Below the pieces are notes generated by a model. The model worked only from the letters and a program-made list of their open reading frames with translations, did not search any database and was not told the origin of the DNA. The position numbers and the translations under genes were made by a program. Source: Ancylonema sp. (lineage: Eukaryota). Taken from it: 25,234 bases of DNA. This document shows, one piece after another, positions 1-11,944 of this stretch. The DNA lies in NCBI GenBank assembly GCA_050230475.1, contig JBFLGF010000112.1, positions 62,001 through 87,234 on the forward strand, given 5' to 3'. Numbering within the stretch: position 1 is the stretch's first letter; every line of letters starts with the position of its first letter.

Positions 1-270
1 TTCTTTCAGCTCCGTTTGCTTCTCAAGATTGCCTCGGGTAAAAAAATCAAACAACCCAGCTCTAACAGCCTGCCTGGAACTCCTCTTCTCAGAACTGTGA
101 CGAACGGAGAGCTGTTGACAATCTAGATTTCCAAATGACAGTCTGACGCCAGACACCGCTGATTTACTGAAGGATAAACATACATGACTTTGCGATGTTA
201 CCGGATCTGTGAAACTGACTTCGCCCCGACGCAGTACATTGGCGCTCGTGCTGAGTGAAGCAGAGGCCAT
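1..270 (-). CDS. 5' end (partial) of a plastid-targeted protein, probably fibrillin / plastid lipid-associated protein (FBN3/PAP-like)
   Basis: The ATG at 270 opens a stop-free 90-codon frame running off the window: MASASLSTSANVLRRGEVSF...SSRQAVRA-GLFDFFTRGNLEKQTELKE. The Ser-rich MAS start and VRA|G cleavage-like motif indicate a chloroplast transit peptide. 'FF...ELKE' resembles the start of the FBN3-type mature domain. The family call is tentative; coding status and targeting are better supported. Confidence 0.6.
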   Translation of the reverse strand, partial: MASASLSTSANVLRRGEVSFTDPVTSQSHVCLSFSKSAVSGVRLSFGNLDCQQLSVRHSSEKRSSRQAVRAGLFDFFTRGNLEKQTELKE

Positions 271-2043
271 GACGTGGAAATGTGAGATGAGTTGGGGAGT
301 GTGAGATGAGTTGGGGAGTGAGAGATGAGGAATGAAAGCGGGAGCTACGACTTGAAAATTCAGTGATAGTAGTGGCCTCAGCGATTGTTGTATTGCCTTC
401 GGAGCGATCGCAAGCTGAGGCGGCCACGCGCAGTCACCTCCACAACAGCTGAAGCCTACGTGGAGGCATGAATCCACGTCGGTCGGTCGTACTCGGTGAA
501 CTCATTGTCGGTACTCCTAGCCGAGATATGACCGCGTCGTAATTCGATGACCTCTACTATTATTATTACGATTATTGCTAATACGACGTGATGTGGGGTC
601 GGACCCCCTAATACACATAATCACGCGTAATCGCGTGATTTTCCTGCGTCATTGAACAAATGGAAATGTAAGTTTCGGAGTCAATTCATCCGGAAATTCA
701 TGAGCTGTACCTGAAGTTTGTCTTTATATCATAATGTAAGGACACGACACTTCACTTCGCCTTGATCACCGGTATTTGTCCACATGATATCCTCCATATT
801 TGGGTTTTTAAGTCAAAGTTCAATGTTTGTCGCACCCGTACGCACACATACCCACACGCCTGCATATACCAAAGAAGTCGCTAAAAACTCATACACCAAG
901 TCTGAGTTTTTAGCGGCTCCTTCGGCATACGGGAAGCATGATACATAAGAAATTATCACCCTCTATAATTGTCACCCTTTTTTCCCCGTCTTTTTTTAAT
1001 GAAAAAACGTACAAACAATAGCGATGTAAAGTAAACTTACGAGTTCTAATATCTTATAAAAATCAATCTTATCATTTTCGTTATAACCCATAAATCGAAA
1101 TCTCGTAGTTATATGAACAGTACCTGGCCACACGATGTTCAGGACAGCCGTGTGCGAACTGCGCCAAGTTCGGAGGAGTTCCTTCTTGAGGCGGGTGCTC
1201 TTCGTTGCTCTAACTCGAGTAGATGTCCATCACGGTATGGATGTCTTATGCTCACGAATACACATGCTTATACACCGCCCATGCTGTGCACATCCAAACA
1301 CACGTGAACACCGAGGGATACGGCATCGCCAAAAGCTCAGTTCGGGTTACATAATCTGAAAGTTTCACATTTCTGCTACAATGCGGCCTAGCATAGCAGA
1401 CGACCAGAATGTTAATACCAGAGAAATATATGTTTATTGTAACCGAACGACGGGATTCCCACCCTCTTACGACGAAAAACTGTCCGATGCAAGTGAATAT
1501 CTGACCAATTAGCATACGCCATTTACTGCAATATAACACGACCACGCAGTACGCCGCAATCTATATGCGTATCTCCCGTACGTGCCATATGTCCCATGTG
1601 TCTGACAGAGATGCTCTGACACTGGTGGCGTGCGCCCACCGCGCTCCGATCGGCCGTAAATCGAACAGTCAGAATAGCCACCGACATTCAGACACGTTGG
1701 TTCAGTTCGCACAAATAATCTCCTAGATTAATTCTCCTATTGTACCCCCGCAGAGTACCGGACTAGCTGCTAGTACCGGGTTAGCTACTCAGGCAAATTT
1801 CTGCCTAATTCCTACGCCTGCCTCCCACTGCAGAGCTGGTGCGCTGCTGTACGTCATTCATTGCAGACTACGCTGAAATTTATGTTCGGCGGAATCCATT
1901 CAATCCCCTTCAACGCTGATAACCTTATAATTCTGTGCGATTTTGTGTGCAACTACAGTTTTCAATCAGCAATTATCGTCCAACCGATATTATCCACAAT
2001 AATGCCCGCAATATGAACAAGGGGGTCACCAGGATTCAGCGTC

Positions 2044-3250
2044 AAAGCTGTCTTAAAAATTGAAGACCTGATCGGAAATTCGTGATCGTTGACGATTGAA
2101 AGAGGGGCCCGGTGCCGTCTCCTGTCGTGACACCTGTCGACATCACAACGAGTGTGGGCTGTGATGCAGACACCTGGCAACTGCACCATGGCGGTGCGGG
2201 TGACAGATCCAAGGAACGCGGATGTGTTTCTTGTGCCCGTTTTTCCCTCGCTCGGCGTCACTTTCAGGGGGTCCGACAGGGCCGCGGCCGAAAAAAGAAA
2301 TCATGAGCTACAGGTGAGGTGGGGGGGTTGCTAAGCTGGGTGTGGGGATGGGGATGGGGAAGGGGAAAACAGGGGGGGTATAATGGCAGGTGATGCGACA
2401 GTGGGACAATGGAAATAAGGGTAGAGTGGGATATTGGCATGATGAATTCCCGGAATTGTGGAAAATTAGGGAATGAAGCCAAAGTCCGGATGCTTCATTA
2501 ATAACGTCGTGTATGCATACGTATATACACACGTGTACACATTCATCCTTTGTCTTTTCATACTTCACTTTTTGTGTGGACACATTGGTAAACAAGTATG
2601 CTTGAATAACCGTTCTCATGCCGATGTACACCATACATGAAATCGCATGAGTATGTAGCCATATCATCATGTACACATGTGGTTACATGTATCTATACAT
2701 GCATCGATGTGCATATTTATACTTCTATAAATATGTATGAGAGTGTGTGGAGAGAAATTCACTCGGAAGGCAATTTTTTTGGATGAGGGGATCGGAATTT
2801 AAGATCACAGGGTGATGTAATGTACTTCACGGCTCATATAAATGCACGTGTGTCATAGAATTAGGTTTTGGTCATCAAATCGGGATGTAAACTTTTTCTA
2901 AGAAATCGGATCGTCCTTCCTTAAACACCCCTGAGCCCCGTATGTCTTACACACACGTGTGCGATCGTCCATGTGTTGACACGTGTACCCACAACAACGA
3001 CCCCTCAGATCACATACACCCCCAAATCAGGATCCATATTCCAAGTCAGGGGTACTCTGAACATCAGTTCATCTCGAGTCGAGACCACATGTTTCGTACA
3101 TTTGCGTACACACACGTTCATACACTCATACACTCATACACTTGAGTACCGATTCGTGGTCACGTAAACATGAGTATGTGTCCAAGTCTCTATTATAAAC
3201 AAATATAAATATACATACAGATATATATACATATATATATACATAAATAC

Positions 3251-3282
<32 letters not shown>

Positions 3283-3354
3283 GTGTATGTACATATTTAT
3301 ATATACATGTATATATATATATATATGAATATATATATATACACATATATATAC

Positions 3355-3414
<60 letters not shown>

Positions 3415-3505
3415 ATATGTATATATATCTGTATGTATATACATGCACATATGTACTTATATATACATACATTTACAAATATGTATACATATATATGTAT
3501 ACATA

Positions 3506-3557
<52 letters not shown>

Positions 3558-3810
3558 TAAATACATATATATACAGATGTATACATATACATATTAGCAC
3601 ACATATTATAAACAAACCCCTCCCATCCCCCTCCAGTCCTCTCCTCCCAATGGGGGGGGCAGTCCGGGGGCAGTAATCTTTGTCGCATTTGGGGCATGAA
3701 GAGATTGAAGAATCAGATTTTGTACGATAATGTTGCTTCATATATTTGTGCTAGCTAGCTTCATTCAAATCAATTTGGGAGAACGATTAAAGATCTCCGT
3801 GTTGGTATCT
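2044..3810 (+). pseudogene. Decayed GT47 (exostosin-family, ARAD-like) glycosyltransferase remnant
   Basis: About 2190-2313 reads AVRVTDPRNADVFLVPVFPSL...RNHELQ, matching the GT47 motif 'RVxxxxxADVxFVPFFxSL...NxxLQ', and is followed by donor CAG|GTGAG at 2314. After a TA-rich intron, the acceptor ccctccag (3636) leads to frameshifted remnants W..QSGGS/IFVA (cf. WxRSGGRDHIFV), IFVLASF (cf. IFVLxDF) and KDL. The upstream AVLKI..DL..KF remnant resembles LKVYMYDLPxKF. Stops and frameshifts separate the blocks. Confidence 0.5.
3190..3595. repeat. TA-rich alternating purine/pyrimidine microsatellite
   Basis: About 400 bp of (TA)n with interspersed CA/TG, directly visible. It produces spurious Y/I/M ORFs. 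Confidence 0.95.
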
Positions 3811-3887
3811 TTCTTAAACACGTGGCAAGTGGGTGCAACATGGAAATTGTGCTCCACAATCTGGTAAACCCGACATAATGTGTGATC

Positions 3888-4940
3888 AGGTTATGTTACG
3901 GGTTGCCCCCCCCAACCCGGGTTGAACCATTCCCCATCCGGGTTGTGGGGATTGGAAGGGGTCGAGAAATTATTGAAAGTCGTGAATCTCTTCCCATGGA
4001 AAAATAGAGCATACCTCGTCATCCTAAATGAAGTTCGAAAACATACGTTTATAAATGCAAAAAAAATACACTTGTCACACATGCGGGATAATTACCATTA
4101 CTCGATATTATCTTTCGACTTGTTTTCGTATGCGCCGAGCTGTACTCAACTTGCGTCGAGCCTCGGTGGAACGATTCAGCCCGGGCATCCTCAATTCGGG
4201 TTGATATTCCCCCAACCCGGGTACAGTAGCGGTTACGTATAACCTCCCACGATTTAATTCATATCCCGTGTGTTGTGGTTCACAAATAAATTATTTTCGT
4301 TGGGCTTTGGGAAATTAATTCAAATTAAAGGGTTTCCAAAGTGGGGGGGTAGCAGAAATTCAAGAGGTGGTATATGCAGTAAGATATAAGGTGTGGCACT
4401 GATTTCAGACCGCACATGTGTCCAAGTATTTCGACACCTGCGTACTAATAAACCCACTACAACAATCAAATACATGCTACACCGCGAATCAACATGCACC
4501 GTTCTAGAACAAATGGAGGCGTAGCTCCCATCTAGGCCCTCGATAGTGTACTGATACGGTATGGACAGCCAGTATGGGGCACGGTTGGAATAGAATAGGG
4601 CGTGGGCTGGAATTTACCCGAAGATAAGTAAAAAAACGTGAGTGGGAGGATCGAAATTGATTGAAAATGGTTGGGGTCGAGGGGTGGGTAGAAGTGTGCC
4701 AAAATCACAAAAAGTAGGAGATCAAATATGGTTGCTACATTAGCACGAGTCGGAAGTAATTGGTCAACCCGTGTTGGACCACCCTTACCCGGGTTGGTCG
4801 GCCCCTCAGGATTTCACGTCCTTATTGACACAGCCGGGGAAATAAATGGATGTTGGACGCAACTAGGGAAGGGGGTTGGAAGCAGCCAGGGTTATGGGTT
4901 GGACGCAATCATAGGTTTGGGGGTTGCGCACGTTAATGCT
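3888..4940. repeat. Degenerate dispersed repeat with reiterated CAACCCGGG(TTG) motifs; possible non-autonomous DNA transposon remnant(s)
   Basis: The motif or variants occur near 3913, 3936, 4178, 4213 and 4787. Several sub-blocks match 11240-11455 in inverted orientation. No transposase ORF, clean TIR or TSD was found. Confidence 0.45.
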
Positions 4941-6548
4941 CTCACGGCACAATATAATGCCATGGCTCTTCCATGGTGGCTAGATAGCGATGATGTGCGC
5001 CACAGGATAAATTTAAAGCTTGTACATCACGGAAGTGATATATTATATATTAAGTTTGTTTGGCATGACGACGCCCCAAGCATAGATGAAAATAATGTGT
5101 AAGGGGAGGATATTGTAGTAGCGAGACGTCGCATCATATGGATAGGAAAGAGAGTCAAAATACAATGCATCCGGTAATACCAAAGTTGGAAGATGGATGA
5201 CTATAACTTACAAGGGGCCTTAGTGAATTATTCAACTTATATCCATGTCCTCCCATATTAGGATTAAATGTGATCCCAAATGTTCGGGCATTATTTAGAT
5301 GGATCTCGTAAGGATATCATTACTATTTGAAATGTGGGAAGGCCGAATACAATATTGCATGCAGAATGTTAGGTACACAAATGTAAATATCTGTCAAAAT
5401 TATCCTCACGTTCGAGTACTTTCTTCCTCAAACCTCCTTCTATCTAATGGTGAGCTTCTTCATCAATTATGGTACCTCAATGGTTATGGTACCTCAACCT
5501 CAATGATTGCACACATTGAGTCTTACATATGTTTGGGGTGTGAAGGTCTTAAAGCTAGGTTTGGACATAACAAGGCTGAAGAGACCCTACTCTCTGCACA
5601 AGTGCACCAAAATTTTGTCAACCGAACACTAAAAATGGTATAAAATAACACTAAATCGAGCACATCTTCTTGAGCCAGGACTGATTCAGGCATGATGTGA
5701 AGCTAGCTGAATCTCATCGTGTGTCACTATGATAAACAACTTGGTATCATACAAACTAACAGCCCTTCACACAACATGTTTTCCTAAACCTACTCACATA
5801 GGCCCAAATTGGTGAGGCACTCATGTGGTCATTGATGTCCGTGCTTGCCTATGCAAAGAAAATTATGGTGTGATGCTTCTGATGAGGATAAGAAGAAAAC
5901 TGGGTACTGGGAAACTAAGAATTTCACTTTTATTACGTCCAAACCTAACTTGCTTCACCATTTTTTTGAAATGAAGGTATAAGACTATCATCATATATTC
6001 GGTCAAGCTTGGTTCAGCCTACCTTGTTGGTTGACTGCCCTTGCCAGTCTATAATATTGAATACATATTCAGCTAGCAAAATGCTTCCTACAGATCAAAT
6101 GTGTTGAGACAGAACACTCAAAGAAAAATAGAGTTTTTGTTGTCTAGAGAAGAATAGCGATCATGTTTCAATGATAATGGGGTCGAGAATCAACAAAGAA
6201 ATTGTAGAAGCCTGTTCTAGATAGCTTTAATATACAAGAGTCAGTTCTGCTAAGGTTCTATCACAATTCTATGTGTCTATGAGGTAAAAACACACACTAC
6301 ATGGTACTGGCCTGAAGGGAGAGTATCTACTGATGCAGCCTCAATACAGCATGTATTACGAACACAGAAGAAGCAGGATTTTTGGGGAAGTAATTATATA
6401 ACAAATACCACTGATGCTGTGTTAGAACTCTGGGTGCTGGAAAATAACTGCATTGCCTTCCTTTACGAAAGCGTACCCGAGTTGGTAGTTTACCACAGAA
6501 AGGTGGTGTTAATAAACACCAGTTTGTAGAGAACCAAGTCAAGAAGTC

Positions 6549-7360
6549 TTACTTTGTCGCAGCTGCCTTTGTCGTTTTGGCCTTCTTTGATGCTGGCTTT
6601 TTCACAGCCACTGGCTTCTTCGCGACAGGCTTCTTTGTTGGAGTCTTCTTTACTGCAGCAGCAGCCTTCTTCGGGGTAACCTTCTTGGACATGACTTTTT
6701 TCGCGGAAGTCACTTTCTTCGGCTTTGGTAGCGCCTTCTTAGTGACAGCCTTCACAACTGGCTTCTTCTCCTTGGCCGCGACAACTGGCTTGGCCACCTT
6801 AGCTACGATGGGCGATTTCTTAACAGGCTTCTTCAAATCATCTGACAGTTTAAAGCTGGCTTTCACTCTCACTAGCTTTTCTGAGGCAGCAAGATTCTTC
6901 AGCTGGACTGCGAGAAGTGTCTTGAAGTTCAGGGGACGACCCGTGTATTTGTCCTCTACGAACTTTGCAATAGCGACAGTGCTGGATCCAGTCCTCTCTT
7001 TCAAAGATGAGATGGCATCCGTTATCATCTGCACAAATTTGCCATTAAGTGACTCGGTGAGTGAAGGGAGAAAGAAAAATGTAAGAATCAGGACACGTTC
7101 ACGTCACGATAAATGCGTTCGCATAATCAATGCACATGATAACACAATAGGGTCATGAAGTTGCACTGCACCTCAAGGTATTTCGGGTGCTCTGGTGGTC
7201 CCTTGGGCTTCTTCTCCTTTGGTACTTTCAGAGCTTTGGGGGCTTTAGGTGCCTTGGGGGCCTTAGGTGCCTTAGGGGCCTTAGGGGCCTTAGGTGCCTT
7301 CGATGACCGAGTAGTCTTCTCAGAGACAATGGCAGGTACAGTCTCTCCTGATTCCGCCAT
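6549..7360 (-). CDS. H1: Linker histone H1, 2 exons: complement(join(6549..7028,7172..7360)), about 222 aa
   Basis: A GT-AG intron at 7029-7171 joins HPKYLE|MITDAISSLKERTGSSTVAIAKFVEDKY...LKNLAASEKLVRVKASFKLS (GH1 winged-helix domain). The C-tail is K/A/P-rich with TPKK-type motifs, and the stop is TAA at 6549-6551. The first in-frame ATG is at 7360. An acceptor-like ctccgcag at about 7433 could indicate a further upstream exon. Confidence 0.95.
7220..7300 (-). repeat. 9-bp coding tandem repeat encoding (KAP)7-KAL-KVP in the H1 N-terminal tail
   Basis: AARGCNCCY units with synonymous third-position variation. Confidence 0.9.
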
Positions 7361-7618
7361 TATTACTGGTTCAGTTTGGGTATCCACTTTTTCGTCTGCG
7401 GACGCCGTGGTGACTGACGTAGCCGAGAAATACTGCGGAGGAGTGAATGGACAACGAGATGGGCGTCCAAACGAAAGACGTGTAGTGCACTCGGGTAAGC
7501 AACGGTTTGCCGAGGGGTGACTCTTTGTATGCCTGAATAATCTTCTACGGGGATCAGGCGACTTTCAAATTGGACATGGGCACAAAATTCGGATTCAAAC
7601 TTCTCTTCAAACTCCTCG

Positions 7619-7700
7619 CATTGGTCCATACGAATCTCCGTGGATCCCGGGAGTTGAACGCACCCAGGCCGACGGATACGTCACTTCGATTGACGTCCCA
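7619..7700 (-). promoter_or_regulatory. Plant histone promoter motifs: octamer-like GATCCACG plus CCAAT (type III-like) and two ACGTCA hexamers
   Basis: The minus strand reads GATCCACG-N13-ACCAATG at about 7619-7646, against the established type III consensus GATCCGCG-N14-ACCAATCA. ACGTCA occurs at 7678-7683 (plus) and 7691-7696 (minus), 260-340 bp upstream of the H1 ATG. Confidence 0.55.
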
Positions 7701-10700
7701 GATGCAATGAGCTTTTTGCCGGAAATTTAGTGACTGTATTCCGTTTGCGTGTCGAAATTCTGAACTTGATCGCATTGTAAATATTGTAAACATTCAGTCT
7801 CGCCACGTGGATAAATTGAAACTCACAATGGGATCTGACGGTCCAGAAGTTTCAATTGACCCGCCCGTCAGGCACGTGTGCCATCTCGCGCGCTTGGACA
7901 GAGCTGGTACTGGAACTGAGGTACGTTCAGGGTCGAACTGCCATTTCTGAAGTTGTTCTTCGACGTTTGTGCTTCCTCATCTTACTTTCGTCGCTCACGT
8001 AATGGAAGTTTGAAGTGCAGGTGTTGATCGAGGATCCATTCTGTGTCAATAAAACTGAACTGATTCAGATGAAATTTCAGTCACTTTTTAGAAGTGAGTG
8101 AGCTGTCTGCAAAAGCAAACTGAGACGGACATGCACTTCGATGGCGAAGCTGATGGCCGCACTCCATGACAGCTGCTGCATCTGCGAATCCTTCGGCAAT
8201 ATTAATGTCTGAACACATGCAACATATAATTAAATTTATAAACTGATGATTAGCATCATGATAAGACACTGATTGCAGTGGTTCTTACAATGTACAGTCC
8301 TGCCCGTAATTTGTACTTCAATTGCGAGGTGAAATGTTTGACGCAAATTCTGTTTCCACAAACTCTTTCCTGGCTGCATGATATGAATTCGAGATCATAG
8401 ATAAATTTTATTCCATCAATTTGGTTCAGGTTGAGGTTGCGAATTGCGGTTCGAACACAAAACCGTGAATGTATGCACTCCAGTCTCCATTTTTAATCTA
8501 CCGCACACCTCTTCAGTTATTAGACCCTGAATGCATACGTTTTGGAACTCCGTAATGCCCACAATGCATCACAAAAAAATTCCATGCATACATTCGCCTT
8601 TTGAACCTGCTTTGGTACGCTTCGGTCAGGAATGACCTCCGGTCCTGACCAGATTCGTTATGACATATCCAGAGATGCCTGACCTCCACGATTGATCGCA
8701 TTCAGCGTTTAGTTACATAGTATATCCTTTGTGCGATTATTTTCAAGGTCTGAGAAGATGTTACAATAGATCATACAATAATTCTGACAGTATTCAGCCA
8801 CGAAATACTGCCGTGTTACGCGATAGCGTCCGAAATGGACCCAAGTATATTCGAAGCGTTTCGGCTGCGCAGGAATTGGTACTCCGAAGTCAGCTGCAGT
8901 ATAATTGTAATTCCAGACTGTACACTGTATCAATTGCAACACCGTAAACTTCATCGCACTCCTTGATAAATTTTCTGTCGTTCAAAATTCTTAGATAATT
9001 CATTGGTTGCGTAAGAACTCCGCATTTTTCTGCGAGCTACTGACATGTTGCACACGGGCTGAATCTTTATGACTGGATTCAAGAGGTTTGTAGCTGTAAT
9101 CTTCGCAATTGGCCAGACATTTACAAAGAACGAAAGACATTAATCTATGGAATGTCATATACTTGTGCGTAGTAAAGACTTTTATCTGATTTGCGAGTCA
9201 TATTTCCGCCATTAAGCTCGTTGTGAAGGCACATACTGCCCGAAAATGAGAAGAAGTCTCGGTGGAGGCAACGTCACTATGGCCGGGGACACCGCTTCTC
9301 CTACCCTCAAATCACGGTGAGTGTATGAGTTGTTTAACTGAATTTTCTATATCATACACACCTGGTGCATATTAGTGGCTCTTGACTGTGAGCGCAGATC
9401 GTGTCCGGCCGCTATGGCTAAAAAAACCAGTTAGTGGTGAAGGGACTCTGGTAATTTTCGTAATCGTGAAATATGTATACCAAGGCCGACCAGTGAAGTT
9501 TTATGTGTCAGTAAAATAACCAATAAATTACTGATCTTTATCGCAGAAGAATGAACATAACTCGCTGTCTTATGGAAAGCTGGAAAAGCTGCATAATATT
9601 CATTTCAATTTATGCGCCTCGTTATCATACCGAATACCCTCGGTGGCAGAATGAATGGAACTCAAGCTTTGGATCCGACATGCATATCTAAAAGCGCATT
9701 CATGAAAAATGTGCAGAGTGTGCATTGACATATCAAAAATGGATACGTCATCGAGATTATATTGCCGCACCGATGTACATTTGACCCAAAACATTCAATA
9801 TTTGCATATGTGATCAAAATATATCACAAGAAAAATCCATGACATGATATCGGTTTTTACCACGAGCATAACCGATGATGGTTTTCCTGATTCCTTTCCG
9901 GTATATTTCGCCTATATTCTGTCCTTTATGTGAAAACCGTCATTTGCATCATGATACCATTGGTTCTACAATCCCGTGCCTAGACCGACCGTATGAAGGT
10001 AATTATCCCACTCCAATTTTTGGTGGCGAGGTTGATACGTGCCACATTTTCTTCCAGGCATTGTGCTTATTGAACGAACACGCGATTGGCATATGTTGGC
10101 TTTTATAGCTCATCCGAAAACCAGGTGAAGTACCTTTTGTCATCACTCGTAGCAAGAACAGTCGCGACCAGTCAAAACGGAAAGATGTCACAAGGGGTGA
10201 CTTCATCTTCCATGGGTGCAACCTAGGGCCATAATTGATTGGATGATTATTACATCACGTCATTCAGAAATCATAAATATCCAAATCAATTTATATCAAA
10301 TGAACTTTAGGATATGTTGACACATATTCAGTCCAAAGTCCTATAATTTAGTCTGTATTATGTTAGATTCCGGTTATCCGGTTTGTAATCTGAATATTTT
10401 ACTTTAGTCTTTTGGTGAGTTGGCGCGAGGCGCGAGCGAGCGGTGGAAGTTGCAAGTCAGTTTGAGTTGGTTATTTAGGGCATGCCGATAAACAATGTTT
10501 CTTTGCATGAATATGTGATGGGCGCGTGGGTTAATTGATTGGGCGCGATGCGCGGTGAATATTACATGTGGGCGCAAGGTTCGCGGTGTAGGTAGTTGTT
10601 TGAACCGGCTTGAATAGATTATGTGACCGCAACTTGATTCTTTGCGAATGATCAATGTTGGCAAGATTATGGTAGTACATAGGAAAGACAATTGAGAGAC

Positions 10701-11239
10701 TAAATTTCTAATTTCGCTTAGTCGAATTAACATTACCATGTCATTTTGTTTTTGACCTATGAGCATTTTGGTAATGGAACTAAGCAATGTGCATTGAGTC
10801 TATTTTAGTGCACCAAAGTCCCTTTGTGAGTGATCTGGCCTAATGGCAGACCCCGAGGGCAACATATTATTCGTACCGTATACCGTATCCGTTCCATAGT
10901 CCATACACACCTACGCATCTTGCATAGTAGAACCTCGAAATTTTCTATTTTTACTAATGTGATATTCCGGTTAACATCATTCCAGAATTCTTATATTTCA
11001 ACAAAAGTTGCAGAGTAAGGCACTAAAATCATTAGTTCACGCGAAATGCGTACAAGCAACGTCTTGAGGATGTGCGTACGTGCTTAATTTGTGATACCAA
11101 GGGCTCATTCGACATATATCTCTCGAAAACGAAAAACTAATGAAAATAACAATTGCACATTATTGAGAGATGACGGGAACCCCATGTTATTACAAAAACG
11201 TGCTTGTAGTGAAACTACGGATCCTAAGACCGTCAAATT

Positions 11240-11455
11240 AGCATGATAGTGCGCAACCCCTCAACCCGGGTTGCGTCCAGCCCCCACCCCCCAACTCCCT
11301 ACCATTCTCCTCGACCATATTTCATGGGTATGAACCCCAAGTTGGTTGGGACCCAGTTTGGGCCAACGAATCACAACACGGCCAACACGGGATGAGGGGG
11401 AATATTACCCGATTTGGGTAAAATTCCACTGGGTGTTCCAACCCGGGCTGGCCAC
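11240..11455. repeat. Second, inverted copy of the CAACCCGGG repeat family
   Basis: 11240-11283 (agcatgatagtgcgcaacccctcaacccgggttgcgtccagccc) aligns to the reverse complement of 4896-4940. Further blocks match about 4263-4305, 4605-4632 and 4660-4695. Confidence 0.5.
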
Positions 11456-11938
11456 AGAGTAAGAGGAGTTTGGCACGTGCGAAAATGAGCAAATGACTTC
11501 ATTATTTCTCACGTGTGATCTGATTTACACGTGTGAAGGTGACATACTTTACCCGGTTCCTCGATTTCATCATGAGGAGAGGAATACTAGCGACCGTTGC
11601 ACCGCAATTGACGCTCGTGGAACCATGTGCACAAGTCAGACAAATGGACCCGACCATGTATGTATAATCCCTAGTGGCTAACGCACATCAGACCAAGATT
11701 CGATCCGTCCTAGCAGACATTGCACCGAATATCTTAAGAGGGTATGAATCATGAGGGTGAAGCCGAAAATGCTGAAAGGCATGCACTAAATGCAGAAATT
11801 CTTCCGAACGAACTCTTCATAACGATGAAAATTGCGTTCGTCCTGGCGAACTGGCGAACTTAATAATTTTGAATTTCACGAAAACCCCGAGAATAATATT
11901 ATTTTGCCAAATCCGAAATGCTGAATAGTGTGATTGAC

Positions 11939-11942
11939 AAAA
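11939..11942 (-). terminator. Pol III oligo-T terminator of tRNA-Asp
   Basis: TTTT lies two bases after the discriminator on the minus strand. Four T is the minimal length. Confidence 0.55.
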
Positions 11943-11944
11943 GT

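Noticed and set aside
281..328. 19-bp direct duplication just upstream of the ATG at 270 (similar 17-18 bp duplications at about 1754 and 5467)
   Set aside because: Two-copy local duplications with no further structure, too ordinary to interpret.
3134..3741. Multiple Y/I/M/H-rich ORFs on both strands (likewise 15824-16815)
   Set aside because: They are translations of TA/CA/TG microsatellites, which rarely contain stop codons.
6577..7520. Plus-strand ORFs 6577..7158 and 7155..7520
   Set aside because: They are antisense shadows of the Lys/Ala/Pro-rich H1 exons.
8243..8275. Box C/D snoRNA-like TGATGA...CTGA
   Set aside because: The boxes are only about 20 nt apart, with no terminal stem or recognisable rRNA antisense element.
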